DNA of 64,000 nt from Thermodesulfobacteriota bacterium (GTDB lineage Bacteria > Desulfobacterota > Binatia > UBA9968 > JAJDTQ01): the NCBI GenBank assembly GCA_965116735.1, contig OZ220712.1:3265680-3329679 (forward strand), given 5' to 3'. This document shows positions 34,561 through 45,940 of this stretch, piece by piece. Made by a program: the position numbers and the translations under genes. How positions within the stretch are numbered: position 1 is the first letter of the stretch; every line of letters begins with the position of its first letter. The notes beneath the pieces are model-generated. The model was not told the DNA's origin, made no database searches, and was given only the letters and a program-made list of their open reading frames with translations.

Positions 34561-34568
34561 GTCTCTGA

Positions 34569-35768
34569 TCACTCGGACGGGCTCCTAGGGCGGGGTTCCG
34601 ATACGAATATGGCGATGTTGGCCGTCCCCAGCGCCAGCACGACGGCCAGTGCCTGCCAGGCGGTGGCATAGGAGCCCGTGGCGTCGACGATGTAACCGAA
34701 CGCGGGCGTGCCCACCACGGTGCCGAGGGCGTTGATGGAGATCATCAGGCCGAGGGCCATCCCGGCCCTGGACTGACCGGCGATCTCGCTGATGAGGGAG
34801 TAGGACACGCCCTGGTAGCCGATCATGGTGAACCCGCCGAGGAAGGTCAGGGGAACCAGGACGAACGGCGACACCCCTTGGTCGAGGGCGCTCATGGCCG
34901 TGCACAGGAGCACGGAGATCACGCCGACGAGCACCAGAACGATCTTGCGCCTGCCGCCGTAGAGGCGGTCGCTGACCGTGCCCCAGCCGATGCGGCCGAG
35001 GACCGCTCCGCCCTGGGTGACGGACAGCCATTGGCTGGCGTGGACGGCGGAGAACGCCAGTCTTTCCTTGAGGAACAACGGCAGATAGGTGAGCAGCGAC
35101 ATCTGGCCGATGAGCAGCAGGGCGGTGCCGCAACTCAACGCCAGCACGCTCCTGATGCGCAGGGTCCCGCTGCCGGCGGCGCCGGAGCGGTCCCGGCCGG
35201 TCCCGTCGGCGTCGGCGGGCTCGCGCCAGAGAAACCAGAAGAGCAGGCCGAACAGCACGTTGGCGACTCCGAAACCCGCCAGTGTCGCGCGCCATCCGAA
35301 CAACGCCGCCAGCGGCGCGCCCACCAGGGCCGTCACCACCCCGCCCGCGGGAACACCGGTCTGCTTGATTCCCATGGCAGTGGCGCGGTGGCGCCGGAAC
35401 CACATCAACACGCCTTTGGTGGAAGCGGGGTTGAGAAAGCTGTAGCCCAGACCGGTCAGAAGAAAGCAGGCGAAGGCCCAGCCGAAGGACCCGGCCGACG
35501 AAGCGATGATGACCGCCGTGCCCGCGCCCACGTGGCCGATGAGGGTGGCCCGCCGCACCCCCAGCCGGTCGCTGAACCATCCGGCGGTGAACGAGAAGCC
35601 GGCCATGCCGATGTAGAAGGCGGTGAAGAACAACCCCACCTGGGCCCGGGTGAGCCCCAGCTCGTCCTGGTAGAACGGCGCGAACGTATTGATGCCGTAC
35701 TGCGCCGAGGCCCCGATGATGTGGGTGACGGTGGTGAGGGCGAGAATCGCCAGGGGAAAAGAAGCCAT
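34569..35768 (-). CDS. MFS transporter
   Basis: 399 aa, 12 predicted TM; bracketed by inverted 18-bp motifs at 34572-34589 and 35777-35798. Confidence 0.8.
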   Translation of the reverse strand: MASFPLAILALTTVTHIIGASAQYGINTFAPFYQDELGLTRAQVGLFFTAFYIGMAGFSFTAGWFSDRLGVRRATLIGHVGAGTAVIIASSAGSFGWAFACFLLTGLGYSFLNPASTKGVLMWFRRHRATAMGIKQTGVPAGGVVTALVGAPLAALFGWRATLAGFGVANVLFGLLFWFLWREPADADGTGRDRSGAAGSGTLRIRSVLALSCGTALLLIGQMSLLTYLPLFLKERLAFSAVHASQWLSVTQGGAVLGRIGWGTVSDRLYGGRRKIVLVLVGVISVLLCTAMSALDQGVSPFVLVPLTFLGGFTMIGYQGVSYSLISEIAGQSRAGMALGLMISINALGTVVGTPAFGYIVDATGSYATAWQALAVVLALGTANIAIFVSEPRPRSPSE

Positions 35769-35804
35769 GATGCCAAGGACACTAGGAGCCTGTCCGAGTA
35801 GTCG

Positions 35805-35850
35805 AATACAACCCCTCTCCCTTTGGGAGAGGGTGGCCGAAGGCCGGGTG
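35805..35850. repeat. dispersed hairpin repeat (long subtype with ggccgaaggcc spacer)
   Basis: cccctctccctttgggagagggtggccgaaggccgggtgagggc upstream of the MFS gene. Confidence 0.75.
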
Positions 35851-35900
35851 AGGGCCTGGGCGCCGATGCCCGCCTGCTCCTCCGGGTGGAGGCGGCCGGC

Positions 35901-36353
35901 CTACTTGTCCGTTGCTCCCAGCTCGGCGGCCGCCCGTAGCGCCAGCAGATAGCTCTGAGAGCCGAATCCCGCGATCTGCCCCACCACGACCTCGGAGATC
36001 AGGGAGGTTCGCCGGAACTCCTCGCGCTTGTGGATGTTGGAGAGGTGCACCTCGATGGCCGGGAGGTCGCTTGCGGAGAGCGCGTCCCGCACCGCGACGC
36101 TCGTGTGGGTGTAGGCGCCGGCGTTGATGATCACCGCGCGGAAGCCTTGCGTGGCGGCTTGTTGGATCCAGGTGACCAGCTCGCCTTCGTGGTTGGACTG
36201 GCGGGCCTCCACGGCGACCCCCAGCTCCGCGGCAAGGGAGTCCAGGCGGGCGTCGATGTCCGCGAGGGTTTCGTGGCCGTAGATCTCCGGCTCGCGGGAG
36301 CCGAGCAGGTTCAGGTTCGGTCCGTGTAGGACCAGGATCTTGGTGTCAGGCAT
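35901..36353 (-). CDS. aroQ: 3-dehydroquinate dehydratase, type II
   Basis: 150 aa, [21 protein letters not shown]...SNHEGELV signature. Confidence 0.85.
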   Translation of the reverse strand: MPDTKILVLHGPNLNLLGSREPEIYGHETLADIDARLDSLAAELGVAVEARQSNHEGELVTWIQQAATQGFRAVIINAGAYTHTSVAVRDALSASDLPAIEVHLSNIHKREEFRRTSLISEVVVGQIAGFGSQSYLLALRAAAELGATDK

Positions 36354-36462
36354 GGTCGTGGTCTCTGGGTCCTGTATTGTGCTGGATCCCCTAGCGGCGA
36401 CCGCCGGTCGCCCCTACCCTGGTCATTGGGTTACTCGGAGGGACTCCCGGTGTCCTGTCGGG

Positions 36463-37545
36463 TCAGTGCCGCGACCTCAACTCGCGGACGATCTCGGCGG
36501 CCGAGAACCATTGAAAGCGGGTGCGGCCGATGCCTTCGCACAGCACGAACTTGATCTTGCCGGCCTGGGACTTCTTGTCCAGGGCCATGCCCGCCACCAG
36601 GTCCTCCAGGGCGATGTCGTCCGGTATGCGCCACGGCAGGCCCGCCCGGCGCACCAGGGTCTCGATGCGTTCCAGCTCGGCGGCGCTCAGCAGGCCCTGG
36701 CCCGCCGACAGGGCGGCCGCCTGGATCATGCCGATGGCCACGGCCTCGCCGTGGAGGAACCGTTCGTAGCCGGTGAAGGCCTCCAGCGCGTGGCCGATGG
36801 TGTGGCCGAAGTTGAGGATGGCGCGGCGGTCGTCCTCGCGCTCGTCCTCTTCCACCACCGCCGCCTTGATACGGCAGGAAACCGCGACCGCTTCCTCGAC
36901 CGCGGCCGCCTCCATGCGCATCAGCGCGTCCATCTCCTCTTCGAGGAAACCGAAGTAGCCGGCGTCCTGAACGACGGCGTGCTTGATGACCTCGGCCATG
37001 CCCGCGGTGAACTCGCGTTCCGGCAACGTCCGCAGCGTGTTCATGTCGATGACCACCAGCCGGGGCTGATGGAAGGCGCCGATGAGGTTCTTGCCCTGGT
37101 CGTGGTTGACCGCGGTCTTGCCGCCGACGCTGGCGTCCACCTGCGCCAGCAGGGTCGTGGGGATCTGGACGTAGCCGACGCCGCGCAGGAACGTGGCCGC
37201 GGCGAAACCGGTGATGTCGCCGATGACCCCGCCGCCCAGGGCGATGAGCGTGGCGCTGCGGTCGAAGCGGTGCTCCACCAGCGCGTCGTAGATCAATCCC
37301 AGGGACGCCGTGTTCTTGTGCGCCTCCCCCTCCGGGATCAGCACCAGCGTGCTCTCGTAGCCCGCCTCCCGGAGCGACTCCCGCAACCCCTCCGCGTAAA
37401 GGTCGGCCACCGGCGGGTTCGACACGATGCCGACGCGGCCGCCGATGCCCTGGGCCTTCATGAGTTCGCCCACCCGGGAAAGGAGCCCCTCGCCCAGGTC
37501 GATGGGGTACGAGCGCTGTCCCAGATTGACGGTTACGGTCTGCAT
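36463..37545 (-). CDS. aroB: 3-dehydroquinate synthase
   Basis: 360 aa; glycine-rich NAD-binding segment and metal-binding His residues typical of AroB. Confidence 0.85.
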   Translation of the reverse strand: MQTVTVNLGQRSYPIDLGEGLLSRVGELMKAQGIGGRVGIVSNPPVADLYAEGLRESLREAGYESTLVLIPEGEAHKNTASLGLIYDALVEHRFDRSATLIALGGGVIGDITGFAAATFLRGVGYVQIPTTLLAQVDASVGGKTAVNHDQGKNLIGAFHQPRLVVIDMNTLRTLPEREFTAGMAEVIKHAVVQDAGYFGFLEEEMDALMRMEAAAVEEAVAVSCRIKAAVVEEDEREDDRRAILNFGHTIGHALEAFTGYERFLHGEAVAIGMIQAAALSAGQGLLSAAELERIETLVRRAGLPWRIPDDIALEDLVAGMALDKKSQAGKIKFVLCEGIGRTRFQWFSAAEIVRELRSRH

Positions 37546-38045
37546 AGCTGCTCTTCGATCCGCCGCACCACTTGGTCCACGGTCAACTCGTCGGTGTCCA
37601 CGGCCAAGCCGGCCTCGGCATAGATGGCTTCCCGCTGGGCCGAAAGCTCCTCGATCCGCTTGAGCCTGTCGGGTCCCCGCAGCAACGGGCGGTCGTCGGC
37701 CTCTCCCACGCGGCCGAGAACGGTCCGTGGCGACACCTTGAGCCAGACCAGGAGGCTACGATCCTTGAGCAGCCTCAGGTTGTCCCGGTCCACTACCGCG
37801 CCGCCTCCCAGGGCGATGACCTGCTCGGACCCTTCCAGGACCCGTGCGAGGGCCGCCTTCTCAAGTTGGCGAAAATAGCGTTCCCCGCGGCTGGTGAAGA
37901 TCTCCCGGATGGCGCATCCCTCGCCTGCCTCGATGACCGCGTCCAGATCCACGAACCACCACCCCAGGGAGCGCGCCAGCCGCTGGCCCACCGCGGTCTT
38001 GCCGGCGGCCATGAAACCCGTGAGCGCGATATTTCCGTGGTCCAC
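37533..38045 (-). CDS. aroK: shikimate kinase
   Basis: P-loop GFMAAGKTAVG, ~170 aa; 13-bp overlap with aroB. Confidence 0.8.
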   Translation of the reverse strand: MDHGNIALTGFMAAGKTAVGQRLARSLGWWFVDLDAVIEAGEGCAIREIFTSRGERYFRQLEKAALARVLEGSEQVIALGGGAVVDRDNLRLLKDRSLLVWLKVSPRTVLGRVGEADDRPLLRGPDRLKRIEELSAQREAIYAEAGLAVDTDELTVDQVVRRIEEQLCRP

Positions 38046-38054
38046 GTGGGCTTA

Positions 38055-38216
38055 GTGTCCTAGGGGCCTGTCCGAGCAATTGAACTGTCCTTCGACTTCG
38101 CGACGCCTTGCGTCGCTACGCTCAGGACGAACGGAGAAATGCTATCACAAACCGTTCGTCCTGAGCGTAGCGAAGCGAAGTCGAAGGACGCCATTCTGCT
38201 TACTCGGACAGGACAC
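38055..38216. mobile_element. TA-flanked MITE-like palindromic element (second family)
   Basis: Ends gtgtcctaggggcctgtccgag / ctcggacaggacac are inverted, the interior is itself palindromic, flanking TA at 38053-54 and 38217-18; lies in the aroK-aroC gap. Confidence 0.5.
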
Positions 38217-39412
38217 TAGAGGCTCTTGATCTGGTCCAGGTAGCCGTCGTAGTTGCGGCTGATTTCCGCCAGCGAGTCGCCGCCGAACTTCTCCAGGAAC
38301 GCCCGCGCCAACTCGAAGGACACGATGGCCTCGCCGATGACGGCCGCGGCCGGCGCCGAGCAGACGTCGGAGCGCTCCACCGAGGCGTCCTCGGGCTGCT
38401 TGGTGTCGAGGTTCACCGACTGGAGCGGGCTCATGAGGGTCGAGATCGGCTTCATCGCCACCCGCACCACCAGCGGCGCGCCGGTGGTCATGCCCCCTTC
38501 GAGGCCGCCCGCATTGTTGCTGCCGCGGAAGAAGTCGGTGGGCTGCATGCGCGGCCTGGTGTCGGAGATCATTTGCCGAGGGTCGAAGAATATCTCGTCG
38601 TGCACCTCGGAGCCGCGGTGCATGGCGATGTCGAAGCCCCGGCCGATCTCCACGCCCTTCATGGCCTGTATGCTCATGAGGCTCTGGGCCAGGCGGCCGT
38701 CGAGCTTCCGGTCATAGTGGACGTGGCTTCCCAGGCCCGGCGGGACGCCGGTGGCCACCACCTCGAAGATGCCGCCCAGGGTGTTCCCTTCCTTTTTGCA
38801 CTCGTCGATAAGGGCGATGGCCTTCTTCTCGGCCTCCGGATCCGCCATGCGCACCGGAGAATTCTCCGCCAACTCGTAGATCTCGTCGTAGCTCTTCCCG
38901 TCCACGTCCGCCTCGATGCCGCCGAGGGACCGCAGGTAGCCGCGGACCTGGATCGAGAACGGCTCGATGAGCTGCTTGCAGAAGGAGCCCACCGCCACCC
39001 GCGAGACGGTCTCCCGGGCGCTGGCGCGCTCAAGGATGTTGCGGATGTCCGAGTGGCCGTACTTGAGCACGCCGACGAGGTCCGCGTGACCCGGACGCGG
39101 CTTCTTGACCGGGATCGCCTGGCCCTCGTCCTCCGCGTACGGAGACATTTTCTTGGTCCAGTTCTTCCAGTCGCGGTTGTCGATGCCGAAGGTGACCGGC
39201 GAGCCGATTGTCTTCCCCCACCGCAACCCGGACCGCACCTGCACCTCGTCTTTCTCGATCAGCATCCGGCCGCCCCGGCCGTAGCCCTGCTGCCGCCGCC
39301 AGAGATCGTGGTTGACCTTCTCGGTGTCGATGTCGAATCCCGCCGGCACCCCCTCGATGATGGTGGTGAGGCACGGGCCGTGGGACTCTCCTGCCGTGAA
39401 ATAGCGCAACAT
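38216..39412 (-). CDS. aroC: chorismate synthase
   Basis: MLRYFTAGESHGP... canonical AroC start; the longer track ORF starts inside a repeat copy and is rejected; the stop TAG overlaps the TA flanking the MITE. Confidence 0.85.
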   Translation of the reverse strand: MLRYFTAGESHGPCLTTIIEGVPAGFDIDTEKVNHDLWRRQQGYGRGGRMLIEKDEVQVRSGLRWGKTIGSPVTFGIDNRDWKNWTKKMSPYAEDEGQAIPVKKPRPGHADLVGVLKYGHSDIRNILERASARETVSRVAVGSFCKQLIEPFSIQVRGYLRSLGGIEADVDGKSYDEIYELAENSPVRMADPEAEKKAIALIDECKKEGNTLGGIFEVVATGVPPGLGSHVHYDRKLDGRLAQSLMSIQAMKGVEIGRGFDIAMHRGSEVHDEIFFDPRQMISDTRPRMQPTDFFRGSNNAGGLEGGMTTGAPLVVRVAMKPISTLMSPLQSVNLDTKQPEDASVERSDVCSAPAAAVIGEAIVSFELARAFLEKFGGDSLAEISRNYDGYLDQIKSL

Positions 39413-39459
39413 GTTCCACATCTTAGCCCAAAACCGGGCCCCGAGCCAACAACGGCTCC

Positions 39460-39775
39460 GCGAGCCGCATCCGTCCCCCTCTCCCTCTGGGAGAGGGCTG
39501 GGGTGAGGGCCCGGTGTGGCTCCCGACGACAAGGTCGATTCGACCTCCCTCCGACTCCCTCTCCCTCATGAGCGAGCTCCTGCCAAGTGCCTGGATGAAA
39601 GGGCCGCCCCGCCTCCCTCCGACCCCCTCTCCCCCTGGGAGAGGGCCGGGGTGAGGGCGGCCGAATGCAAGCATCCCGTTGGCTACGGCAATGGAAACGG
39701 AGGAATGAGCTAGTGCGGGCGGCCCTCACCCGGCCTTCGGCCACCCTCTCCCAGAGGGAGAGGGGGTTGTCCCCG
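39460..39775. repeat. cluster of four copies of the dispersed hairpin repeat in mixed orientations
   Basis: Copies at ~39476-39510, 39545-39575 (partial), 39620-39660, 39720-39770 between aroC and atpC. Confidence 0.75.
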
Positions 39776-39821
39776 GCCGGTCCGGTTAAACCAGCGGACA
39801 GGGGATCAGGGTGCGGGCCGG

Positions 39822-40232
39822 TCAGCCTTGACCGGCGGTTTCGAGCCTCAGGAGGGCGCGTTTCAGCGCGGCTTCCGCGGCGACCAGGGCCTCTTCGTCG
39901 GCGTTGTCGCGGTCCCCGAGGGTGCGCTCGGCGCGGGCGCGGGCGTTCTCGGCGCGGGCGGTGTCGATCTCGTTGGGGAACTCGGCGGCGTCGGCCAGCA
40001 CGGTGACGACGTTGTCCAACACTTCCGCGTAGCCGCCGGTGAGGGTGATGACGGAGTTGGCGCCGGACTTCCTGTAGCTGAGCTGTCCGACGTCGAGGGT
40101 GGTCATCAGCGCGGCGTGGTCGGGCAGGATGCCGAGCTGGCCCAGAGGGCCGGGCGCGGTCAGCTCGTCCACCTGCTCCTCGAGGACCAGGCGGACCGGA
40201 GTGACGACTCTCAATGAAATGCTGTCGGCCAT
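39822..40232 (-). CDS. atpC: F1Fo ATP synthase epsilon subunit
   Basis: 136 aa, N-terminal beta-sandwich and C-terminal helical hairpin; follows atpD. Confidence 0.85.
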   Translation of the reverse strand: MADSISLRVVTPVRLVLEEQVDELTAPGPLGQLGILPDHAALMTTLDVGQLSYRKSGANSVITLTGGYAEVLDNVVTVLADAAEFPNEIDTARAENARARAERTLGDRDNADEEALVAAEAALKRALLRLETAGQG

Positions 40233-40268
40233 GACGTACTCGGCTTGGAACCTACTCAGCTTCGAAGC

Positions 40269-41705
<1,437 letters not shown>

Positions 41706-42563
41706 TCAACCGAGCGCTTCGGCGGTGGAGACGACTTCCAGCAGCTCCTTGGTGATGGCCGCCTGCCGCGCCCGGTTCATCTGCAGCGTGAGGGCGCTTA
41801 TGAGGTCGGAGGCGTTGTTGGTGGCGGACTCCATGGCCGTCATCCGCGCGCCGTGCTCGCCGGCGTTGGCCTCGAGAAGCGCCTGGTAGACCTGCACCTC
41901 CACGTTCTTGGGCAGCAGGTTGGAGAGCAGGTCGCCGATGCTGGGCTCGAGCAGGTACTCGGTCAGGTGCTGCTCCTCGTCCACCTGCGGCGGCGCCACC
42001 GGGATGATCCGGGCGGCCGCGGGGACCTGCGACAGCGCCGAGCGGAACTGGCTGTACACGATGTAGGCGGCGTCCGACTCGCCGTTCAGGAAACGCCCGA
42101 TCAGACGCCCGGCCGCGACCGAGGCGAGCTCGTCCGGCGACGCGTGCCAAGTCACCGGCCCGTCTTCCATGGCGGCGACCCCCCGGCGGCGGAAGTACTC
42201 CGAACCCTTGCGCCCGACGAACCGGAACGTGACCTCCTGCTCTCCGCGGTGGGCGCGAAAGTTGTCGGCCATACGGATCACGTTGCTGTTGTAGGCGCCG
42301 CACAGGCCGCGGTCCGCGGTCACCAGCAGGACGTCGACGCGCTTCTCCTCCCGCTCGATCAGCAGGGGGTGGCTTTCCTCGGACACCCTCGCCGAAAGGT
42401 TCGACAGCAGCTCGCGCATCTTTTCGGCGTACGGCCGCGCTTCTACCGCGGCGTCATGGGCCCGGCGCAGCTTGGCCGCCGCCACCGCCTTCATCGCCTT
42501 GGTGATCTGCTGCGTGTTGCGGACCGAGGAGATCCGCTTCCGTATGTCCTTGAGAGAGGGCAC
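41706..42563 (-). CDS. atpG: F1Fo ATP synthase gamma subunit
   Basis: 285 aa; MPSLKDIRKRISSVRNTQQITKAMKAVAAAKLRRA. Confidence 0.9.
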   Translation of the reverse strand: MPSLKDIRKRISSVRNTQQITKAMKAVAAAKLRRAHDAAVEARPYAEKMRELLSNLSARVSEESHPLLIEREEKRVDVLLVTADRGLCGAYNSNVIRMADNFRAHRGEQEVTFRFVGRKGSEYFRRRGVAAMEDGPVTWHASPDELASVAAGRLIGRFLNGESDAAYIVYSQFRSALSQVPAAARIIPVAPPQVDEEQHLTEYLLEPSIGDLLSNLLPKNVEVQVYQALLEANAGEHGARMTAMESATNNASDLISALTLQMNRARQAAITKELLEVVSTAEALG

Positions 42564-44072
42564 TTACGCTTCAAATCGCTGGTTGAATTCCTGCAGCGCC
42601 TTCTCCGCCGCCGCCTTGTTGTCGTCGTCGATCTGGCCCTTCTCGACGATGGCCGGCAGCAGATCCGGGTGCTGCGACTCCACGAACTCGAACAGCTCGT
42701 TCTGGTACCGTTGCAGGTTCTCGGGCTCGATCTGGTCGACGAAGCCGTTGGTGCCGGCGTAGATGACGAGCACCTGCTTCTCCACGGGCATGGGCTGGTA
42801 CTGCCCCTGCTTGAGGATCTCCACTAGCCGGCTGCCGCGGGCGATCTGCCGCTGGGTGGCCGCGTCCAGGTCCGATCCGAACTGGGCGAAGGCCGCCATC
42901 TCGCGGTACTGCGCAAGGTCCAGCCGGAGCCCGCCGGCCACCTGCTTCATGGCGCGGATCTGCGCGTTGCCGCCGACACGGGAGACCGACAGGCCCACGT
43001 TGATGGCGGGACGGACGCCCGAGTAGAAGAGGTCGGACTCGAGATAGATCTGGCCGTCGGTGATGGAGATGACGTTGGTCGGGATGTAGGCGGAGACGTC
43101 GCCCGCCTGGGTCTCGATGATCGGCAAGGCCGTCAGCGAGCCGCCGCCCTGCTCGTCGCTCATCTTGGCCGCGCGCTCCAGCAACCGGGAATGAAGGTAG
43201 AAGACGTCGCCCGGAAAGGCCTCGCGGCCCGGCGGGCGGCGCAGCAGCAGGGAGAGCTGGCGGTAGGCCACCGCGTGCTTGGAGAGGTCGTCGTAGATGG
43301 CCAGCGCGTGGCCGCCGTTGTCGCGGATGTGCTCGCCCATCGTGCAGCCGCTGTAGGGCGCGATGTACTGGAGCGGCGCCGACTCCGAGGCGGTGGCGGC
43401 CACGACGATGGTGTAGTCCATGGCGCCGTACTGCCGGAGCTGGTCGACGACCTGGGCAACCGTGGAACGCTTCTGACCCACGGCGACATAAATACAGGTG
43501 ACGTCGCCGCCCTTCTGGTTGATGATGGTATCGATGCAGACCGCGGTCTTGCCGGTCTGGCGGTCGCCGATGATCAGCTCCCGCTGGCCGCGGCCGATGG
43601 GGATCATGGAGTCGATGGCCTTGAGCCCGGTCTGGAGCGGCTGCATCACCGGTTGGCGCTGGACGATGCCCGGGGCCTTGAGCTCGATGCGGCGGCGTTC
43701 GGTGGTCTCGATGGGGCCTCGGCCGTCGATGGGCTCGCCGAGCGGGTTCACGACCCGGCCTCTCAGCGCGTCGCCTACCGGGACTTCGACGATGCGGCCG
43801 GTGCGGTTGACGCGGTCGCCTTCCTTGATGAGGTGCGACTCGCCGAACAGCGCCGCGCCGACGTTGTCCTCCTCGAGGTTCAGCGCCATGCCGAACACGT
43901 CGTTGGGAAACTCCAGGAGCTCTCCGGCGGCGGCGTTGTCGAGGCCGTAGATCCGGGCGATACCGTCGCCCGTGGACAGAACGGTGCCGATCTCCTCGAC
44001 GGTTACGCCCTTGTCGTAGTCCTCGATCTGTTTCTTGATGATGCTGGTTATTTCGGCGGTGCCGATCTCCAT
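42564..44072 (-). CDS. atpA: F1Fo ATP synthase alpha subunit
   Basis: 502 aa; P-loop GDRQTGKTA. Confidence 0.95.
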   Translation of the reverse strand: MEIGTAEITSIIKKQIEDYDKGVTVEEIGTVLSTGDGIARIYGLDNAAAGELLEFPNDVFGMALNLEEDNVGAALFGESHLIKEGDRVNRTGRIVEVPVGDALRGRVVNPLGEPIDGRGPIETTERRRIELKAPGIVQRQPVMQPLQTGLKAIDSMIPIGRGQRELIIGDRQTGKTAVCIDTIINQKGGDVTCIYVAVGQKRSTVAQVVDQLRQYGAMDYTIVVAATASESAPLQYIAPYSGCTMGEHIRDNGGHALAIYDDLSKHAVAYRQLSLLLRRPPGREAFPGDVFYLHSRLLERAAKMSDEQGGGSLTALPIIETQAGDVSAYIPTNVISITDGQIYLESDLFYSGVRPAINVGLSVSRVGGNAQIRAMKQVAGGLRLDLAQYREMAAFAQFGSDLDAATQRQIARGSRLVEILKQGQYQPMPVEKQVLVIYAGTNGFVDQIEPENLQRYQNELFEFVESQHPDLLPAIVEKGQIDDDNKAAAEKALQEFNQRFEA

Positions 44073-44108
44073 GGCTCGCTCCCTTGGATGTGTGCTGCTT
44101 CACACAAG

Positions 44109-44131
44109 AGCGGGTTTGAAACCCGCCCTAC
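44109..44131. repeat. REP-like palindrome (variant, one c missing)
   Basis: agcgggtttgaaacccgccctac upstream of atpA. Confidence 0.7.
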
Positions 44132-44171
44132 ACGTACCGTCTTGGCGCCTGCTCGCGGCGCTCTTCCGCTA

Positions 44172-44330
44172 GTGTCGTGTCCCGTAGTTTCCTGGCATAA
44201 GTTGCGCAGGATTTTTTGTCGTCGGCAAGGCGCGATGACGAGCAGTGGCGGGCACCACGCGAGGAAGAGCAACGCAGCCGACGGCGAAAAAGACAAGCAA
44301 ATTATGCCAGGAAATTACGGGACACGACAC
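44172..44330. mobile_element. MITE (non-autonomous IS630-family derivative)
   Basis: 159 bp with perfect ~29-bp TIRs gtgtcgtgtcccgtagtttcctggcataa; TA duplication on both sides; the first 13 nt of the TIR are identical to the right end of the IS630 copy at 49.99 kb; carries the conserved 70-nt core. Confidence 0.65.
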
Positions 44331-44866
44331 TAGTATGTCCGCTCGAAGCTCTTCCTGAGAGTCTGAAGCTGCGTGCGCACGCTGCCGTCGTAGACCTTGC
44401 CGCCGACCTCGACGATGATGCCGCCGACGATACCGGGGTCCACCTCCTCGGTGAGCATCGCGGTCTTGCCGGTCATTTCACCCACCACCGCAACAAGGCT
44501 GTTCCTCTGATCCTCCTCCAGGGCCTGTGACACCGTGACCTTGGCGTTCACCCGCCCCGCCGCGTCGTCCAGCAGCCGGTGGTAGTGATTCACGATGGAG
44601 GACAACCCGTCCATGCGGTCCCGAGCGACCAGCAGCGAGAGGAAGTTGGTGGTCAGGTCCGACAATCCCAGGTGGCCCGCCACCTCCACGACGATATCCT
44701 TGCGGCGGTCCTGGTCGAAGGCGGGGTTTCCCAGCACCTTCTTCAGGTCGGGATCCTCGTACGCCTCGAGGAAGGCGTCCACCTCGGCGCCGATGGCCTC
44801 CTCACGGCTGGCGGCGAGCTCGAACACGGCTCTTGCGTAACGGCGGCTCAGTTTTCCTTCGATCAT
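44330..44866 (-). CDS. atpH: F1Fo ATP synthase delta subunit
   Basis: 178 aa, OSCP/delta-like. Confidence 0.85.
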   Translation of the reverse strand: MIEGKLSRRYARAVFELAASREEAIGAEVDAFLEAYEDPDLKKVLGNPAFDQDRRKDIVVEVAGHLGLSDLTTNFLSLLVARDRMDGLSSIVNHYHRLLDDAAGRVNAKVTVSQALEEDQRNSLVAVVGEMTGKTAMLTEEVDPGIVGGIIVEVGGKVYDGSVRTQLQTLRKSFERTY

Positions 44867-44870
44867 CGGT

Positions 44871-44909
44871 TACAAACCCGGAAACGGGCGGTTTGTAACC
44901 CGCCCCTAC
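44871..44909. repeat. REP-like palindrome (gtaa variant, extended hairpin)
   Basis: cggttacaaacccggaaacgggcggtttgtaacccgcccctac in the atpH-atpF gap. Confidence 0.7.
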
Positions 44910-44972
44910 GCCTATTGCCGCGAACCCCGCGCACCATGTCAACCATCGTTGCGTTCCCGTCGACGCGAAGCG

Positions 44973-45515
44973 TCACAACTCTTGAATCTGCCGCGAGAAG
45001 TTCTCGACCATGCGGTCCTGGTCGGCGGCGGCCATGTGCTGCTGGATCACCCGCTCGGCGGCGGCCTCGGCCAGAAGCGCCATCTCTCCGCGGATCTGCT
45101 GCCGCGCCATCTTGATTTCCTGCTCGGCCAGGAAGTCCGCGTCGGCCTTCAGCTTGGCTGCCGACTCCTCCGCCTCGGCCACGATCCGGGTGCGCTCACG
45201 CTCGCCGTCGGCCCTCAGCCCTTCCCGGATTCGCTCGCACTCATCGTCGAGAACCCCCAGCAATTCTCGATACTTGCGTACATACCCCTCGGCTTCCCCC
45301 TTGGCCTCCTGGGCGGTGGTCACGGCTTCAATGAATCCCTCCCGGCGCTGCTCGAGGTGCTTCTTGATCAGCGGAAGGCCGAAGCGTTTGACCAGGTAGG
45401 CGAAGATTGTGAAGTTGATAAGCGGAAACAGCAGTTCCGTAATGGAGGGAGTGTGAGTCCCGCCCGCGGTCGCGGCCCAGGCCGTGGACACGAAAATGTC
45501 GGTCAAGAGGGTCAT
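44973..45515 (-). CDS. atpF: F1Fo ATP synthase subunit b
   Basis: 180 aa, N-terminal TM followed by a long charged coiled coil. Confidence 0.8.
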   Translation of the reverse strand: MTLLTDIFVSTAWAATAGGTHTPSITELLFPLINFTIFAYLVKRFGLPLIKKHLEQRREGFIEAVTTAQEAKGEAEGYVRKYRELLGVLDDECERIREGLRADGERERTRIVAEAEESAAKLKADADFLAEQEIKMARQQIRGEMALLAEAAAERVIQQHMAAADQDRMVENFSRQIQEL

Positions 45516-45940
45516 GTCAGCTTCCGGCCCAAAACCTTCTCCGCCATCTGCTGCGCAAGCGCCTCGGCATTGGTCGAGGCCACTTGGCGCGCCGCCTCCA
45601 TCTCCTTCTGGACCTCTTCCCGGATCTCCTGGATCTTTTGGGTGGCGGCGTCACGCCCCTGGGAGAGGATCACGTTGCGGGCCTTGAGGGCCTCTTCCCG
45701 GATCTCGCTCTTGATGGCTTCCCCTTCGGCGCGCGCCTTGGCGATGGCGGCGTCGTACTGCTCCTGCAACTCTTTTCCTTCCTCGGTCATCGAGCGTGCT
45801 TCCGCGTGGGCGCCCTCGGTGCGGCGCTCCCGTTCCGCCATCAAACGCCCGACCGGCCCGAACAGCACCCGGCGCAGGATGCTGAAAAGGATCAGGAACA
45901 GGACGATTTGGACGACCAGAGAAAAGTCTATGCTGATCAT
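45512..45940 (-). CDS. F1Fo ATP synthase subunit b'
   Basis: 142 aa second b-type subunit with the same architecture; 4-bp overlap with atpF. Confidence 0.75.
   Translation of the reverse strand: MISIDFSLVVQIVLFLILFSILRRVLFGPVGRLMAERERRTEGAHAEARSMTEEGKELQEQYDAAIAKARAEGEAIKSEIREEALKARNVILSQGRDAATQKIQEIREEVQKEMEAARQVASTNAEALAQQMAEKVLGRKLT

Noticed and set aside
39259-39744. Small ORFs inside the repeat cluster (39259..39744, 39423..39674, 39516..39713) and the N-terminal 40 aa of the aroC track ORF
   Set aside because: Translations are dictated by the hairpin repeat (PLPEGEG..., LSQRERG...); not independent genes; aroC start set at MLRYFTAGESHGP
39460-39775. Possible CRISPR array
   Set aside because: Repeat copies are in mixed orientations with irregular spacing and two length subtypes; no cas genes; identical units occur singly elsewhere
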